This document shows, piece after piece, positions 12,430-26,066 of a DNA stretch of 64,000 nucleotides. The stretch is from Chiloscyllium plagiosum. Lineage: Eukaryota. A model generated the notes under the pieces. The model worked only from the letters and a program-made list of their open reading frames with translations, had not been told where the DNA came from and did no database searches. The position numbers and the translations under genes were made by a program. The number at the start of each line of letters is the position of its first letter. The stretch's first letter is position 1. Location: the NCBI RefSeq assembly GCF_004010195.1, contig NC_057750.1:5132159-5196158 (forward strand), in the 5' to 3' direction.

Positions 12430-13417
12430 NNNNNNNNNNNNNNNNNNNNNNNNNNNNNNNNNNNNNNNNNNNNNNNNNNNNNNNNNNNNNNNACGTGCAA
12501 ACTCCACACAGTCAGTCGCCTGAGGCGGGAATTGAACCCGGGTCTCAGGCGCTGTGAGGCAGCAGTGCTAACCACTGTGCCACTGTGCCGCCCACCGTGT
12601 TGTACCAAAGGGTCTGTTTTCATGCTGTACATTTCCGTCTGTATGACTCCAGGTTTCATTCCGAGCATGGATTAAGGATTGGCAAACAGACTGGAAGAAG
12701 AGAGTCAAGATAAGGAAGGGAATCTTTCCTATGTTGGCAGGCTGTGACTCATGGGTTACCACAAGCATCTGGACCTATCATACTATCACACCCAATTAGC
12801 ATATTTCATCTTCTCCATAAGATATAGGAGCAGAGAGAAGCCATTCAGCCATCGAGTCTCTCCACCATTCAGTGAGATCATAGCTGACCTGATCATCCTC
12901 GGCTCCTTTTCTGTCTTTCCCCCCATTACCCTCTTCTGCTTAAAAATCTATCTCAGCCTTGGATAGGCTTAATCACCAACTTCATACTCCCTCTGCAGTA
13001 AGGAATTCCACAGTTTCACTCTGAGAAAACAAAGTCCTCCTCCTCCGTACCTTAAATGTACAACTCCTTACCCTCTGGTCCTAGACTTTCCCACAAGGGG
13101 GAACAACCTCTCTACGTCTCCCCCCGTCAAATCCCCTTCTATGTTCCAATCAGGTGCCCACCCCCCCAATCTTTTCCAGTGAGTTATCTCATTTCCCCTT
13201 TTGAATGCAGCAATGCTGTTCACCCCACCCACTCCCCCTGGTGGTTGAGTTCCACATACATTCCCATCATCTGTAATGTTGATTCAGTGCCAAATTGTCC
13301 CTTTTGTCTCTCTCAAAGTACTCTATGAAACTGAACCAATCAGAATCTACGCGCCAATCAAATCAGGACTGTGATTCTCAGCAGCACTGCTAATAAGGGG
13401 CAGTACTGAAATATAAA

Positions 13418-13700
13418 GTGGTCCCATTTCAGAAAGAATCTGTCTTTATATATCACCCTTCACATCCCTCCCACAGTACCTTCATGGCCAACAGAGTGGG
13501 TCACTGTTGTAGTGGCTCCATTTCCGAAGGAATCTGCTTCTATATGGCACCCTTCACATCCCTCCCAAAGTACTATCGTGCCTGACAAATTGGGCCACTG
13601 TATTAGTGGCCCCATTTCAGAAAGAATCTACCTTCATATATCACCCCTCACATCCCTCCCAAAGCACACTCGCCGCCAACAAAGTGGGGCACTGTTAGGA
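13418..13700 (+). repeat. Three diverged ~94-bp tandem copies
   Basis: gtgg..ccatttc.gaa.gaatct...tatat..caccc.tcacatccctccca at ~13418, 13512 and 13606. Confidence 0.8.
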
Positions 13701-16700
13701 GCTGTCAGTTTGCACATAGCAAGCTCCCACAAATAGCCATGGGATAGTCACCCAAAGATTCAAGTGAATAATAAATATTTGCCCAGACATACTTAACCTG
13801 CTCCTCATCAAAATAATGCAGTAAGTTGACTCACATACAACTGAGTGTGGACAACTCTCCCTTTAACATCCTATTTCAAGCAATGGGGGTGGGGGGATGA
13901 TGATGTAGTGTTGATGTCACTGCATTAAAGACCCAGGTCTGTGTGGACAGGGGTTCAAATCCCACCACAGCATCTAATAGAATCTGAACACCAGTCATAA
14001 ATCTGGAGCTAGAAGCCAGTCTCAGTCATTAAACCCATCACCAGTTGTTGTACAAATCCTTCTGCTGCCCCCTTTAGGGAGGGAAATCTGACATCCTTAC
14101 TCAGTCTGGGCCTACATAGAGTCATAGAGATGTACGGCTTGGAAACAGGCCCTTCGGTCCAACTCGTCCACGCCAACCAGATATCCCAATCTTTCTACTT
14201 CCATTGGCCCATATCCCTCTAAACCCTTCCTATTCATATACCCAAGCAGATGCTTTTTAAATGTTGTAATTGTACCAGCCTCCACCACTTCCTCATTCCA
14301 TACACGCACCATCCTCTGCGTGAAAAGGTTGCCCCTTAGGTTTCTTTTATATCTTTCACCTCTCACCCTAAACCTATGCCCTCTACTTCTGGACACCCCC
14401 ATCCCAGGGAAAAGACCTTGTCTATTTACCCTATCCATGCCCCTCATGATTTTAAAAACCTCGATAAGTGTGATTCCAGATGGGGTTAACTCTTGACAGT
14501 GCAACACTCAGTTCAGGGGGCAAATGGAGCGATTGCAACAAATGTCGATGACCTCATTTGCAGCACCACATAAAACCCCTACAAGTGCGGAAGGGGGCCG
14601 TTCGGCCCATCGAGTCGGCACTGACCCTCCGAACAGCATCCCACCCAGCTCCCTACTCATCCCCATAACGACCCTAACCCCAATGGCTAATCCACCTAAC
14701 TTACACACCTCTGGACTTTACGGGGCAATTTCCCATGGGCAATCCACCCAAACCTGCACATCTTTGGATCATGGGAGGAAACCGGAGCACCTGGAGGAAA
14801 CCCACACAGACACGGGGAGAATGTGCAAACTCCACACAGTTGCCTGAGGGTGGAATTGAACCCAGGTCCCTGGTGCTGTGAGGCAGCAGTGCTAACCACT
14901 GAGCCACCGTGCCAAAAGGTAGCATTCCCTCCAGTTATGAGTCCTGATTAATTTTAAGTTGGAGTCTCTGAGTGGGACTTGAACCCACAACCTCTCGAGT
15001 CACCAGCAAGAGGTCTATGCAGGGAGCCCTGGGAGGTCACCTCTCCCGTGAACTTCTGATGAGAAACTAACTGAAGGAGTGTGGCATGCGACCAAAGAAC
15101 TATTTCAAATCCGTTTGTACTCCACGATCCCCGGCTATTCTCCTGAGCTGCCAAATCTGTCGAGTGATTCATTGAATAATTGAGTCATTATTCTCAAAGA
15201 AGTGAGCTTCTCAGCGCTCTGAGCACACAGTTAATCCCTCACCGTTTGCATGTTGGTTATCCACTCATCAGCAGATTACTGTGATGAGTGTTTGCCGGAG
15301 GGAAGTATTTGTGTCCTGGCTTGAGTGAGGTTTTGGATGAAGTGCAAATCAATGATAAATGATTGCAGACACACAGCAGAGTAGACAGGCTTGTTAGCTA
15401 CACTGCCTGAGAATGAAAGACCACTGGTTAATATCACAAACGTACTGGTAGAGGAGGGTGTTTTGGAAATAATTAAACTGAGGGAGTCGACAACAGGTAA
15501 CTTTGTGCATTGCTGGCTACTTTAACATTTATCACCCATTGTCCCTCAAGTGGTGGTGAGCCACTGCAGTCCACCTGCTGTGGGTTGACCCACAATGCCC
15601 TTAGGGAGGGAATACCAGGATTCTGACCCAGCAACACTGAAGGAATGGCAATACATTTCCAAGTCAGGATGGTGAGTGGAGGGAAACTTGCAGAGGCTGG
15701 TGTTCCCAGGTATCTGCTGCCCTTGTCCTTCCAGATGGCGGTGGGTTCGGAAGATGCTGTCTATGGAGCCAAGGTGAATTCCTGCGTGTGCATCTTGTAA
15801 GTGGTACACTCTGCTGTGACAGGTGGTGGAGGGGGTGCATGTTTGTGGATGTGGTGCCAATCAAACGGGGACTGCTTTGTCCTGGATGGTGTTGAGCTTC
15901 TTGAGTGTTGTTGGAGCTGCCCCCATCCAGGGGCAAGTGGGGAGTATTTCCCTCACACTCCTGACTTGTGCCTTGTAGATGGTGAGACAGGCTTTGGGGA
16001 GTCAGGAGGTGAGTTACTTATCGCAGTATTCCGAGCCTCTGACCTGCTTTTGTAGCCACTGTGTATTTATGTGGCTCGGTCCAGATCAGTTCTGGCTGAA
16101 ATTGAGAGAAATGCCATTTAACGTTAAAAGAGAGGTATGGATGGTTACCAACATGTGAGGTATTGAGGTGAGTCAGTGGTGCAATGCTAATATCACTGGA
16201 TGATGAATCCAAATCCCTAGGTTAGTGTTCTGGCGGGAGGGGACATGAGTTCAAATCACCCCATGAAGGTGAAATTATATTTTATTCAAAATCTGGAATA
16301 ACAGGTGACTGTGGGAGTGACACTGTTGATGAAAAACCCCATCTGGTTCACTAATGCCTTTTTAGGGAAGGACACTGCCATCTTTACCTGGTCTGGCCTA
16401 CATGTGACTCCAGACCCACAGCAATGGGATTGACTCTTATCTGCCCTCTGGGCAATTAGGGACGGGCAATAAATGACACTTTATCTAGCCATGGCCTGCA
16501 TTCCTTAAAGAATAAAGAGATAGTTATGATTATAATTGTCCAGGAAAGGTTGTGATGGAGGTGGTTAGAGGGGAAAGGACAGTCTCTCATTAAGAAATTA
16601 GCTTTCTCCTGAAATCAGCTTCTGGGGTCTTTTTTGCTTTTGCAAAGATCCAATCACGATGACCAAAGTGTGTGTCCAAAACCAGAGGGCATAGGTTTAA

Positions 16701-17154
16701 GGTGAGAGGGGAAAGATTTAAAAGGGACCTAAGGGGCAACTTTATCACGTAGAGGGTGGTGCGTGTATGGAATGAGCTGCCAGAGGAAGTGGTGGAGACT
16801 GGTACAATTACAGCATTTAAAAGGCATCTGGATGGGGACATGAATGGGGTTTAGAGGGATATGGACCAAGTGCTGGCAAATGGGACGAGATTAATTTGGA
16901 TATCTGGTCGGCATGGACGAGTTGGACCAAACAGTCTGTCTCCGTATTGTATGCTTCTTAGCCAATAAATTGCCTTTGAAATGTCATCCCTAGTGTAACC
17001 GAGTGTAAACAGTGAACTTTAAAGATTTCAAAGACAAGCAAAGGGGCAGTTCTCCCCAGGGTCCCAAGGCAAGTTGTCGTCCCTCCATCAATATCAACTT
17101 TGTGGTCACTGTCCTGTTTGTGGGATCTTGCTGTGCACACATTGGGTGTGGGTG

Positions 17155-17390
17155 ATTTCCCCCACCCCAACCCATTCCCCAAATCCCCTCTCAGCCCCTC
17201 CCCATCCCTTCCACTCCTCCCTGCCACCAACCGGATTCATTCCTCCCATTGACCCACAGGTCGTACGCTCTACCTGTCTTCACCTATCCCCACCTCACCA
17301 CCCCCTTTACCTGCAGCTCCCCCCACACCCACCCCTCCAGCCCTGAAGAAGGGTTATACCCAAAATGTCGACTTCCCCTCCTCCTGAGAG
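17155..17390 (+). mobile_element. Penelope-like 3' fragment: C-rich tract plus degenerate hammerhead
   Basis: C-rich stretch ending cctgaagaagggttatacccaaaatgtcgac, i.e. CTGAAGA-stem II-(G>A)AAA. Confidence 0.55.
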
Positions 17391-17520
17391 GACGGCTGGA
17401 AGACGGGACTTCTTCAGAAGTATGTCAGCAGGTGTTAAGGGCTGGCGCTACAGCACAATGCAGGGCCTTCTGTCGGGGTTGCCGTGACAACCGCTCTCTC
17501 CCTTTTCTCCCTCCCTGCAG

Positions 17521-17604
17521 GAACGCAGGCTGAAGAGCCTCGTGGCGATCGAGAAGGAGCTGAAGAGCGTGGCGGAGAAGCTGAGGGAGATCCGGAAAGG
17601 TTAA
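17521..17604 (+). CDS. CCER2: Chromogranin-family (CCER2-like) gene, last coding exon: ERRLKSLVAIEKELKSVAEKLREIRKG*
   Basis: Polypyrimidine tract plus cAG acceptor, phase 0; granin C-terminal amphipathic helix (cf. CHGA LESLSAIEAELEKVAHQLQALRRG); TAA at 17602-17604. Confidence 0.92.
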   Translation, partial: ERRLKSLVAIEKELKSVAEKLREIRKG

Positions 17605-19891
17605 GGTGAAGAACTGAAACCCTGCGCCTTTCTCAGTCAGTCACACGCTTCACCGGTCAACGTTCCCTCCTGTATCCCAGCGGCGATGTACTGTTATCCG
17701 TCTCCAGGCTTGCAGCTGCCAGGGTGGGGTGCAGTGGTGCATGCTGCAGTCAAACAGCCTTCTGTTCCTTGTTTACATTGGCAGTGTCACCCACTCATGA
17801 ACAGGGGTTGGATTTGCAGATAAGTTAAATTTAAAAGCCACTCCTAGAATCACCAGGTAAAATTTTCCTTCCCTATAGGACATTAGTGACCCCCAGACGG
17901 GCTCTGGCCCCAACAATTATGAGCCCAGGTGTTTTGTTTTTACCTGAATTCAAATTCTACGGCCTGCCCATGATAGGGTTCAAATCCAGTCCCCCTAGGA
18001 TGTTACTGGGGTCTCTAGACTCCTGGAGATGTACAGCACAGAAACAGACCCTTTGGTCCAACTCGTTCGTGCTGACCGGAAGTCCTAAATTAATCTCGTC
18101 ACATTTGGCCCATATCCCTCTGAACCCTTCCTATTCATGTACCCATCCAAATGCCTTTTAAATGTTGTAATTGTACCAGCCTCCACCACTTCCACTGGCA
18201 GCTCATTCCATACACATACCACCCTCTGTGTGAAAAGGTTGCCCCTTGGGTCGCTTTTGTATCTTTCCCCTCTCACCCTAAACCTATGGACTCCCCTACC
18301 CCAGGGAAAAGACTTTGTCTATTTACCCTATCCATGCCCCCTCATGATTTTATAAACCTCTATAGGATCACTCCTTAGCAGAGGTGGGGGTGTAGCACGG
18401 TGGCTCAGTGGTTAGCACTGCTGCTTCACAGCACCAGGGACCCGGGTTCGATTCCAGCCTCGGGTGACTGTCTGTGTGGAGTTTGCACATTCTCCCCGTG
18501 TCTGCGTGGGTTTCCTCCGGGTGCTCCAGTTTCCTCCCATAATCCAAAGATGTGCAGGGTCAGGTAGATTGGCCATGCTAAATTGCCCCATAGTGTTAGG
18601 TGCTTTAGTCAGAGGGGAATGGATCTGGGTGGGTTACTCTTCAGAAGATCAGTGTGGACTTATTTGGCCAAATGGGAATCTAATCTAATCAGACTCTGAC
18701 ACGCCAGGGAACATAGCCCCAGCCTCTCCCTTTCGCTCAAACCCTCTGACTCCGGTGATAATACAGATGTCCTGCCCTCCTGTCCAAGAGGGGAATACAG
18801 CACAGGCTGAGGGTGGGTCAAGAGATCAAGTGAAGCTGCTTGACATCTCTGGGCATTGGAAAGAATGAGAGGCGATTGCTTTGGTATGTGTGGGTTACTG
18901 GGAGACAGGCAGGAGATTGGCGCTTAGTCCTGGTGCTCATTCGGTAAGCTGGTGGGGCCAGAATGGGCTGAATGGCCTCTTTCTACCCCATTTAAAATGC
19001 AGCGATTCTGAGAGGGTGGGGTCTTTCCCCAGATGGGGGTTTGCCCTGATTGTAGTGTCGGGGGGTAGGTGGGGAGAGCCTTTCTGACTATAGGGAGAAA
19101 TCTGTTTACTAAGACCATAACGAATCCTTGGGAATTGCCTACCCAGAGGGCAGTGGGTGCTCAGTTAGTGAGGGGGCTTCAAGACTGAGTTCATTTTTTC
19201 TTTAGACGTAGAGATCAGAGAGGGAAGTGTGCCAATGTTGATCATGATCTTGGGGGAGTAGCATAGAGGGGCCAAATGGCCTAATGCCCCTCCTTCCTAC
19301 TGTGAAGGCATCATTAAATGAGTTTGGCTTTTGTCCTATCTGACAATTCTCTGCTAATCCACTATCTTACCATTGGAACCCTGTTGGTCCTTAACCTAAT
19401 AAGGGTGTTATACTTAAATTGGGGGGCAAATGTTAACAAATTAACCCCCCCCCCCTAAAATCGTAACAATAAGGAGCACCAGAGAATGGGGTGGATCGGA
19501 CAATTCATTCTGTCATCAGTGCGACCTCATCAGTCATGGGGATGTTACCTTAACAACAGAAATAACCAGCCTTCTAAATAAGGAAGACCACCAATTGATT
19601 CAAGTGTAAAAATATCAATCATCTCAGATGCAGGTCGGGGTCAATTAGTGATCCCAGGAAAGGTTAGAGTCTCTGTTAAGCTAAAGAGTGAAGTGCCGTG
19701 GGAAAATGGGGAAGACAGGAAGTCCTAATGGGCTGAACTTTGACCCTTTCGGGAGGATTTTGGGCGCTGTCCCAGAATGTCGAGATGGGTGGGAAGGGTC
19801 AACACAGCTCAAGTTATCATGATTGCAGAGGAAGACTCAAAAGATTGCTCACTGGCTCTGAAGGGGCAGATTTGAGAAATAAATTTGGATA

Positions 19892-20066
19892 TAGAGGAAC
19901 CTTGTTTATTCAGCATTCGATTAACCAAAGTTCATGGATGATCCAAACAAGATCGCAAGGTCTCGATGCGTGGCTAACTATGTTATCCGGCATCAATTAT
20001 CTGGTATTTGATTAACCAAATTAAAAACTCCCCTCCCGTGTCCTTCAGAAAGTCAAGGATCTTCTG
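19892..20066. mobile_element. Tc1/mariner-type MITE, degenerate
   Basis: TA|tagaggaacct...aggatcttctg|TA imperfect TIRs, with internal gattaaccaaa repeats. Confidence 0.5.
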
Positions 20067-23000
20067 TACATGTATTATTTATAAACATCAATCACACTGT
20101 CCCGAATGAGTGGAATGTAAATCATAAACCCTTATTGCCAGGAAACTTGATTATTAACCACTTCCTTCTTTATCGAGTTAGATGTAGGTGGGATGTTTCC
20201 TCAGTTGGGAAGGAGAAGGTGTCTAGAACAAGGGAACACGGTTGGCATAAGGGGGTCAGCCATTTTGGATTCAGAGGAGGAGGAATTTCTTCCCTCAGAG
20301 AATGTTGGGCCTTTGGAATCAGAGAGCTCAGTTATTGAGCACATTTGAGAGAGAATTCTCAATGGCTGGATATCAAGGGGTGTGGATCTGTATCTTGCAA
20401 TGGGCCGAATGGTCCATTTCTATTCCTAATTTCTGTTCCTACAGGAGGAGGAAACTATAGGGCAAGGTTTAAGATGAGAGGGAGGAAAGATTTGAATAGG
20501 AACCTGAGGGGTAATTTTTTTCACGCTGAGGGTGGTACAGGTATGGAATGAGCTGCCAGAAGAAGGGGTGGAGGCTGTTACAAGTATGTTTAAAAGGCAT
20601 CTGGATGGATACATGAATAGGAAGGGTTTAGAGGGATATCGGCCAAATAGTGGCAAATGCGACTAGGTCAGATCGGGATGTCTGTTTGGCACGATTGAGT
20701 CTGTTTCTGTGCTGTATGACCCTATGAGACAGGGGCGTAAAGATTCACAGGTCATGTTGGATAGCAGACCAGGCTTGAGGGGGCTAAATGGCCTCCTCCT
20801 AGTCTTATTTCCTCAGGCCTGCTGATGGGCAGGTACAAATTGATTTCCTTTCCCCTCAATTCCAAGAATCAATGCCAGCCTGTTAGTCCCTGCTTTGCGA
20901 TCCAGTGTATCCACCTCAATCACTTCCTTTGACTAGAAAGGTTGACTTGTACTCCTGGCAGGCGCTGTGTTTGACCCCAGCAATGTAGTCAGACAATTTT
21001 CAGCTCTCTGCTGCTGTCCATGAGCTGTCAGGAACACCGTGATTCAGTGTCATGGGCATCTGCAGAGCTGCAGAGTCAAGTTATAAACCTGCTTTCAGTT
21101 CCTTGTCATTTGAAAGTGAGGGCTAGGCCTTTAAGGTACCCAGTGCTACCAACCTCTACCCAAAAGCAGGACTGAAGACGAGAAGGGAGGGCTCACATTC
21201 TAGATTTTATTTTTCTCACAGAACACAATAATAGTAGCCTACAGTCCCCAAGAACCTCAGCGGTTCACGAAAGCAGCTCACTCCAGGGCAATTTGGGATG
21301 GGCAAATAAATTCTGGCCTAGCCAGCAACACAAACAGGGCAAATTAGAAACAAAAACTCCAAACACGGCGACAGATCTTGAGAGGGGGAAGGGAAGTCAA
21401 CTTCAACTTTGAAAGGCATAAAATTGACGCCTCGGCCTCTTGTGTCAGGTTCTAGAAGGCTCCGGAGAGAGAGAGAGAGACAGCCCCATTCTGAAACAAG
21501 ATTGGTAACTGGCCCAGAAAACGGGCCACTATCCATTTGATTGACCCAGTTTGCGCACATTGCCATGGAAACCCAACAGAGGCCTACAATTGCAGGCTTC
21601 ACAGTGGATTGACCCAGAGCTGGTTATGGTAATGTAACAATGGAGGGCAACAGTGTGCAGTGAGCGATCCTTTATTTGCCCAGTGAACTGAGAGGAAATG
21701 AGATCTTAGATGTCCAAACACACACACACACACACCCCCCAACAAAAGACCCCAGACTTCATTGCGTGAGTGACATTGCCATTCTGACTGTTATATTCTC
21801 CTTTCCCTATAAATCCAACCTGTCCTTGTTAATTATTAGGCCGTTTCTTTCTGTTCCTTTGAATACTTTTAGTTTTTTTGCCATCGTGAAGATCATAGTT
21901 TGTATTCCCAAAGGTGCCTGAGGTGAGTCTGTCTCGCAGTCACTGGCACAGTTTGGTTCACTGTCATCATCATCGCACAATGGGTACACAATCCATCAAT
22001 GTGTGAGATAATAAATTGTTTGACATTACTGCCGTGTCTCCGTGTTCAATCACTTCTTTTAACAGAACTGCTGAAGAGAGAGAAACTTTCCATTTCATCA
22101 GGACACATTTGCAAGAATGCCAAATTTCAAGCAGTCACGAAAAGGATTGGGAAGTTGCTTCTGATTGGCTGAGACAACAATTGGAAATGTCCCCAGTAAG
22201 GAAGAGGCGACCTGTTGTGGTGCAGTGGTATTGTCCCTACCTTTGAGCTAGCCGACCTGGGTTCAAAAATATCCACAGAGGTGTGTTGTCACATGACCAA
22301 ATAGAATTGATTTTAAAATGATCTTTAATCCTCTCTATGACCCTAACCAAAAAACATAATACCATTGGCTAAGCGGAGCCTTTTATATACAAAAGAAATT
22401 CCAATCAAGACATTACAGCATTTCAGGGAAAAAAAAAGTCTTCTTAAAAAAATGGACTTGAATTTCAGTCAAACATTTTGCATATTTATACACACAGCTA
22501 TAAAACAAGACGTGGAAACCGTCAGTAGTTTCTAATCACTTCATGAAACCGTTGATAAGATATCAGCTACAGTAAAGTTTGTGTAATCCAGCACAGAGCA
22601 GCAGGTATCTGTGAGGCTGGGGGATCAGAAACACCAGTCTGTGCAGAGGATCATATCTGGAAGGAGTTACACGCGATTTCTGAGGCTTTTCACTTGCTGG
22701 CTAATCCCTCATCCAGCTCCTCAAACGCAAACCCTCAAACACAGACCTTCAGAGACTGACAGAGCCTTTTCAATCATAAACACAGACATTCAAACACAGA
22801 CCCTTGGACACAGATGGCACGGTGGCTCAGTGGTTAGCACTGCTGCCTCATAGCACCAGGGACCCTGGTTGAATTCCAGCCTCGGGTGTCTGTGTGGTGT
22901 TTGCATGTTCTCCCTGTGTTTGCGTGGGTTTCCTCCGGGTGGTCCGGTTTCCTCCCACAATCCAAAGACGTGTAGCTTAGGGTGGATTGGCTGCGCTAAA

Positions 23001-23588
23001 CAGCCCACAGTGTTCAGGGATGTGTGGTTCAGGTGAGGTGCATTCGCCAGGGGAAATGTAAAATAGTAGGGAAATGGATCTGGGTGGGATACTCTTTGGA
23101 GGGTCAGTGCAGACTTGTTGGGCCGAAGGGCCTGTTTCCAGAGTAGGGATTTTATGAGCCCTAGATTCGAGGTGTCAAATAACACCATCTTGTGTGGAGA
23201 AGGAATCTCGAGTGATGGCTAGCACGAGGGGACATAGCTTTAAAGTGAGGGATGATAGATCTAGGACAGATGTCAGAGGTAGTTTCTCTACTCAGAGAGT
23301 AGTAGGGGCATGGAACGCACTGCCTGAAGCAGTAGATGTGCCAAATTTAAGGGCATTTAAATGGTCATTGGATAAACATATGGATGAAAATGGAATAGTG
23401 TAGGTTAGATGGGCTTTAGATTGGTTTCACAGGTCGGCGCAACATCGAGGGCCAAAGGGCCTGTACTGCGTTCGAATGTTCTACGTTCTATGTCCACTTC
23501 CTTAAAGTGCAAGCTCCCTTTGCTGCTTTGCCCAACTGGTGTTTCGTTTTTAATGGAGGGCGTCTAATGGGGGGATGGTGGAGAATGG

Positions 23589-23890
23589 TTATTCACAGGT
23601 GGACTGGCACAGGCCGGCCGGCGGTAAGGAAAAGTCCTGGAAGCAGCCAGACTCCGATGCCCGCTTCCCCATGGGAGCTTCCTCTGGCTCCCAACCCTCG
23701 CTGCCCAGGCCGTTGGCACGGTTAGAGATGGGGGCAGGTGACCAGGCCTCCGGCAGGTCCCGGCACCACCGGCCAGCACCCGGTCGATTGGCCAATAGGC
23801 CTCGTCCCTGCGGGTCTCTCTCCCGTTCCCGCAATAGTGCCTCCATGTGGTTCAAGAGAGCGCTGAAGAATTCCGGGACACCCTCGTAAC
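23589..23890 (-). CDS. ITPK1: ITPK1-like last coding exon: GYEGVPEFFSALLNHMEALL...LCQSTCE*
   Basis: ttcctgcAG acceptor, phase 1; GYEGV.EFF..LLNH motif, then a divergent low-complexity tail to the stop at 23589. Confidence 0.93.
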
Positions 23891-24434
23891 CTGCAGGAAG
23901 AGCAGAGAGAGTATGTTATCCCCAAGACAGACATTATAACACAGAGGGAGAAAGCGGGGAAGGGGCAGTGGTGGCTAGAATTGGCCTCAGTTCCCCAGAT
24001 TGGTTGGGAGATGGTTGTGGAGCATGGGGGGGGTGGTGCAGATAGACATGAAATGGCCGCCACTTAGCAGCTGTCAAATACCACATCTTGATACTTTGGA
24101 CAAGAGAGCGTGTGTGTGGATGTCAAGGGTCAAGTGAGGATCAGGCCAGGGACTTGACCCTGACCCCCCAACTATGAGCACAGCAACCTGACTACAGTCC
24201 CAGACCCGATGGGCTGAATGGCTTCTCTGTCTTTGGGCTGGAGACCTCAAATCCGATCACATCACATGGTTGCAAACTCTGCTCATGAGATATAAAAAAG
24301 GAGGCCATTCAGCCCCTTTGTCAGTCAATAGGATCGTGGATGATCAGATTGAGGGCTCACTTCTTCATTTCCACGTAGGCCCCAATCTCCCCCCAGTCGC
24401 CCTCAGACATGTTACCCGGGTTTTGTCACAAAAG

Positions 24435-24990
24435 GTCATCGAGTCTTACAGCACAGAAACACACACTTCAGTCCAACTCATCCGTGCCAACCATGTTCCC
24501 AAACTGAATTAGTCCCATTTCCCTGTGTTTGGCCCATATCCCTCTAATAGCTTCCTATTCATATACCCACCCAGATGCCTTTGAAATACTGTAATTGTAC
24601 CAGCCTCCACCACTTCCTCTGGTAGCTCATTTCATTCGCACACCACCCCCTGCGCGATAAAGTCACCCCTTAGGTCTCTTTTAAATCTTTCCTCTCTCAC
24701 CCTAAACCTGTGCCCTCTAGTTTTGAACTCCCCTACCCAGACGAATAGACCTTGGCTATTCACCCTATCCAAGCCCCTCATGATTTTATAAATCTCTATA
24801 AGGTCACCCCTCAGCCTCTGACGCTCAGTGAAAATAGCCCCAGCCTTATAACTCTTCAGCCCCAGTAATGTCCTTGTAAATCTTTTCTGCACACTTTCCA
24901 ATTTAATAATATCCTTCCTGTAATAGCATGATCAGAACAGCACATAGTAGTCCAGAAGTGGGTTCACTCATGTCCTGTACAACCACAACA
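24435..24990 (-). mobile_element. CR1 LINE 3' fragment
   Basis: RLRGDLIEIYKIMRGLDRV. Further fragments at approx. 14115-14465, 16670-16950, 18020-18375, 20455-20725, 23205-23490 and 25535-25895. Confidence 0.85.
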
Positions 24991-26066
24991 CTCCCACTAT
25001 GGCTTGTCTATCATGGTGGACACCCCATTTGCCTACACCTGATTGGACAAACCGGTCGCTTGCTTGCTCACCAACTGGCTGATTCCAGAACAATCTATTC
25101 CTCCAGTGCTTTCTCCCGCCAAAACCAACTCCCACTCCGTATCCAATGGAGAAAGAGGAACATGGAGACACATCCTGGAGACTCCAGATCAATCCTAACC
25201 ACTATACCAGGGGAATTCCACCTTCCGTTGCCTTTCCCACCTATCACCACCTCCCCACCTCCTCACAGACTCACTCCTTCCAGAGCAAGGCCCAATCATG
25301 GTTGCCTCATGGGTAGAGAAGTCACGGGGAAATAGAGGGGAGAGGGCAGAACCAAATTCTTTAGGGAAAAGAAGAGAGAGGAAGTTGGGAGGGAAGTTGG
25401 GAACAGGAATGATTCTCCCCACAGCTCACCCCCACCTTCTCAAGGGATGGGGCAATAAATGCTGGGCCCACCCAGCGACGCCAACATCCCATGAGTGAAA
25501 ACCAGCATCTACTTTGTCTAGTCCTTTCTATTTTATAGAATCATAGAGATGGACAGCACAGAAACACATCCATTGGTCCAACTCATCCATGCCGACATGA
25601 TATCCTAAATTAATCTAGTCCCATTTTCCAGCACTTGGCCCATATCCCTTCAAACCCTTCCTATTCATATACCCATCCAGATGCCTTTTAAATGTTGTAA
25701 TTGTACCAGCCTCCACCATTTCCTCTGGCAGCTCATTCCATACACATACCACCCTCTGTGTGAAGAGGTTACCCCTTAGGTCTCTTTTAGATCTTTCCCC
25801 TCATCCTAAACCTATGCCCTCTAGTTCTGGGACTCCCCCATTCCGGGGAAAAGACCTTGTCTATTTACCCTATCCATGCCCCTCATGATTTTGTAAGCAT
25901 TCTGTGACTTCCAATGAGATTGCCTGTTGCTTTCCAAAACTCTGGAGAGAAACAGGCCCACATGGCCAACAGGCAATGGAGGTATTCAAGACAATTTGGA
26001 GAGGAACATTGAGCATGGATATCAAGGAGAATGCAGGAAGTAACAATATTCATTTGAACAGCCAGT

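Noticed and set aside
2844..17604. Calling the gene CHGA because of the ITPK1 neighbour
   Set aside because: It has a single large exon instead of CHGA's several middle exons, no recognisable ILSILRHQNLL or WE-14 segment, and a CCER2-like internal motif. Not fully excluded because the 8688-9552 gap could hide an exon.
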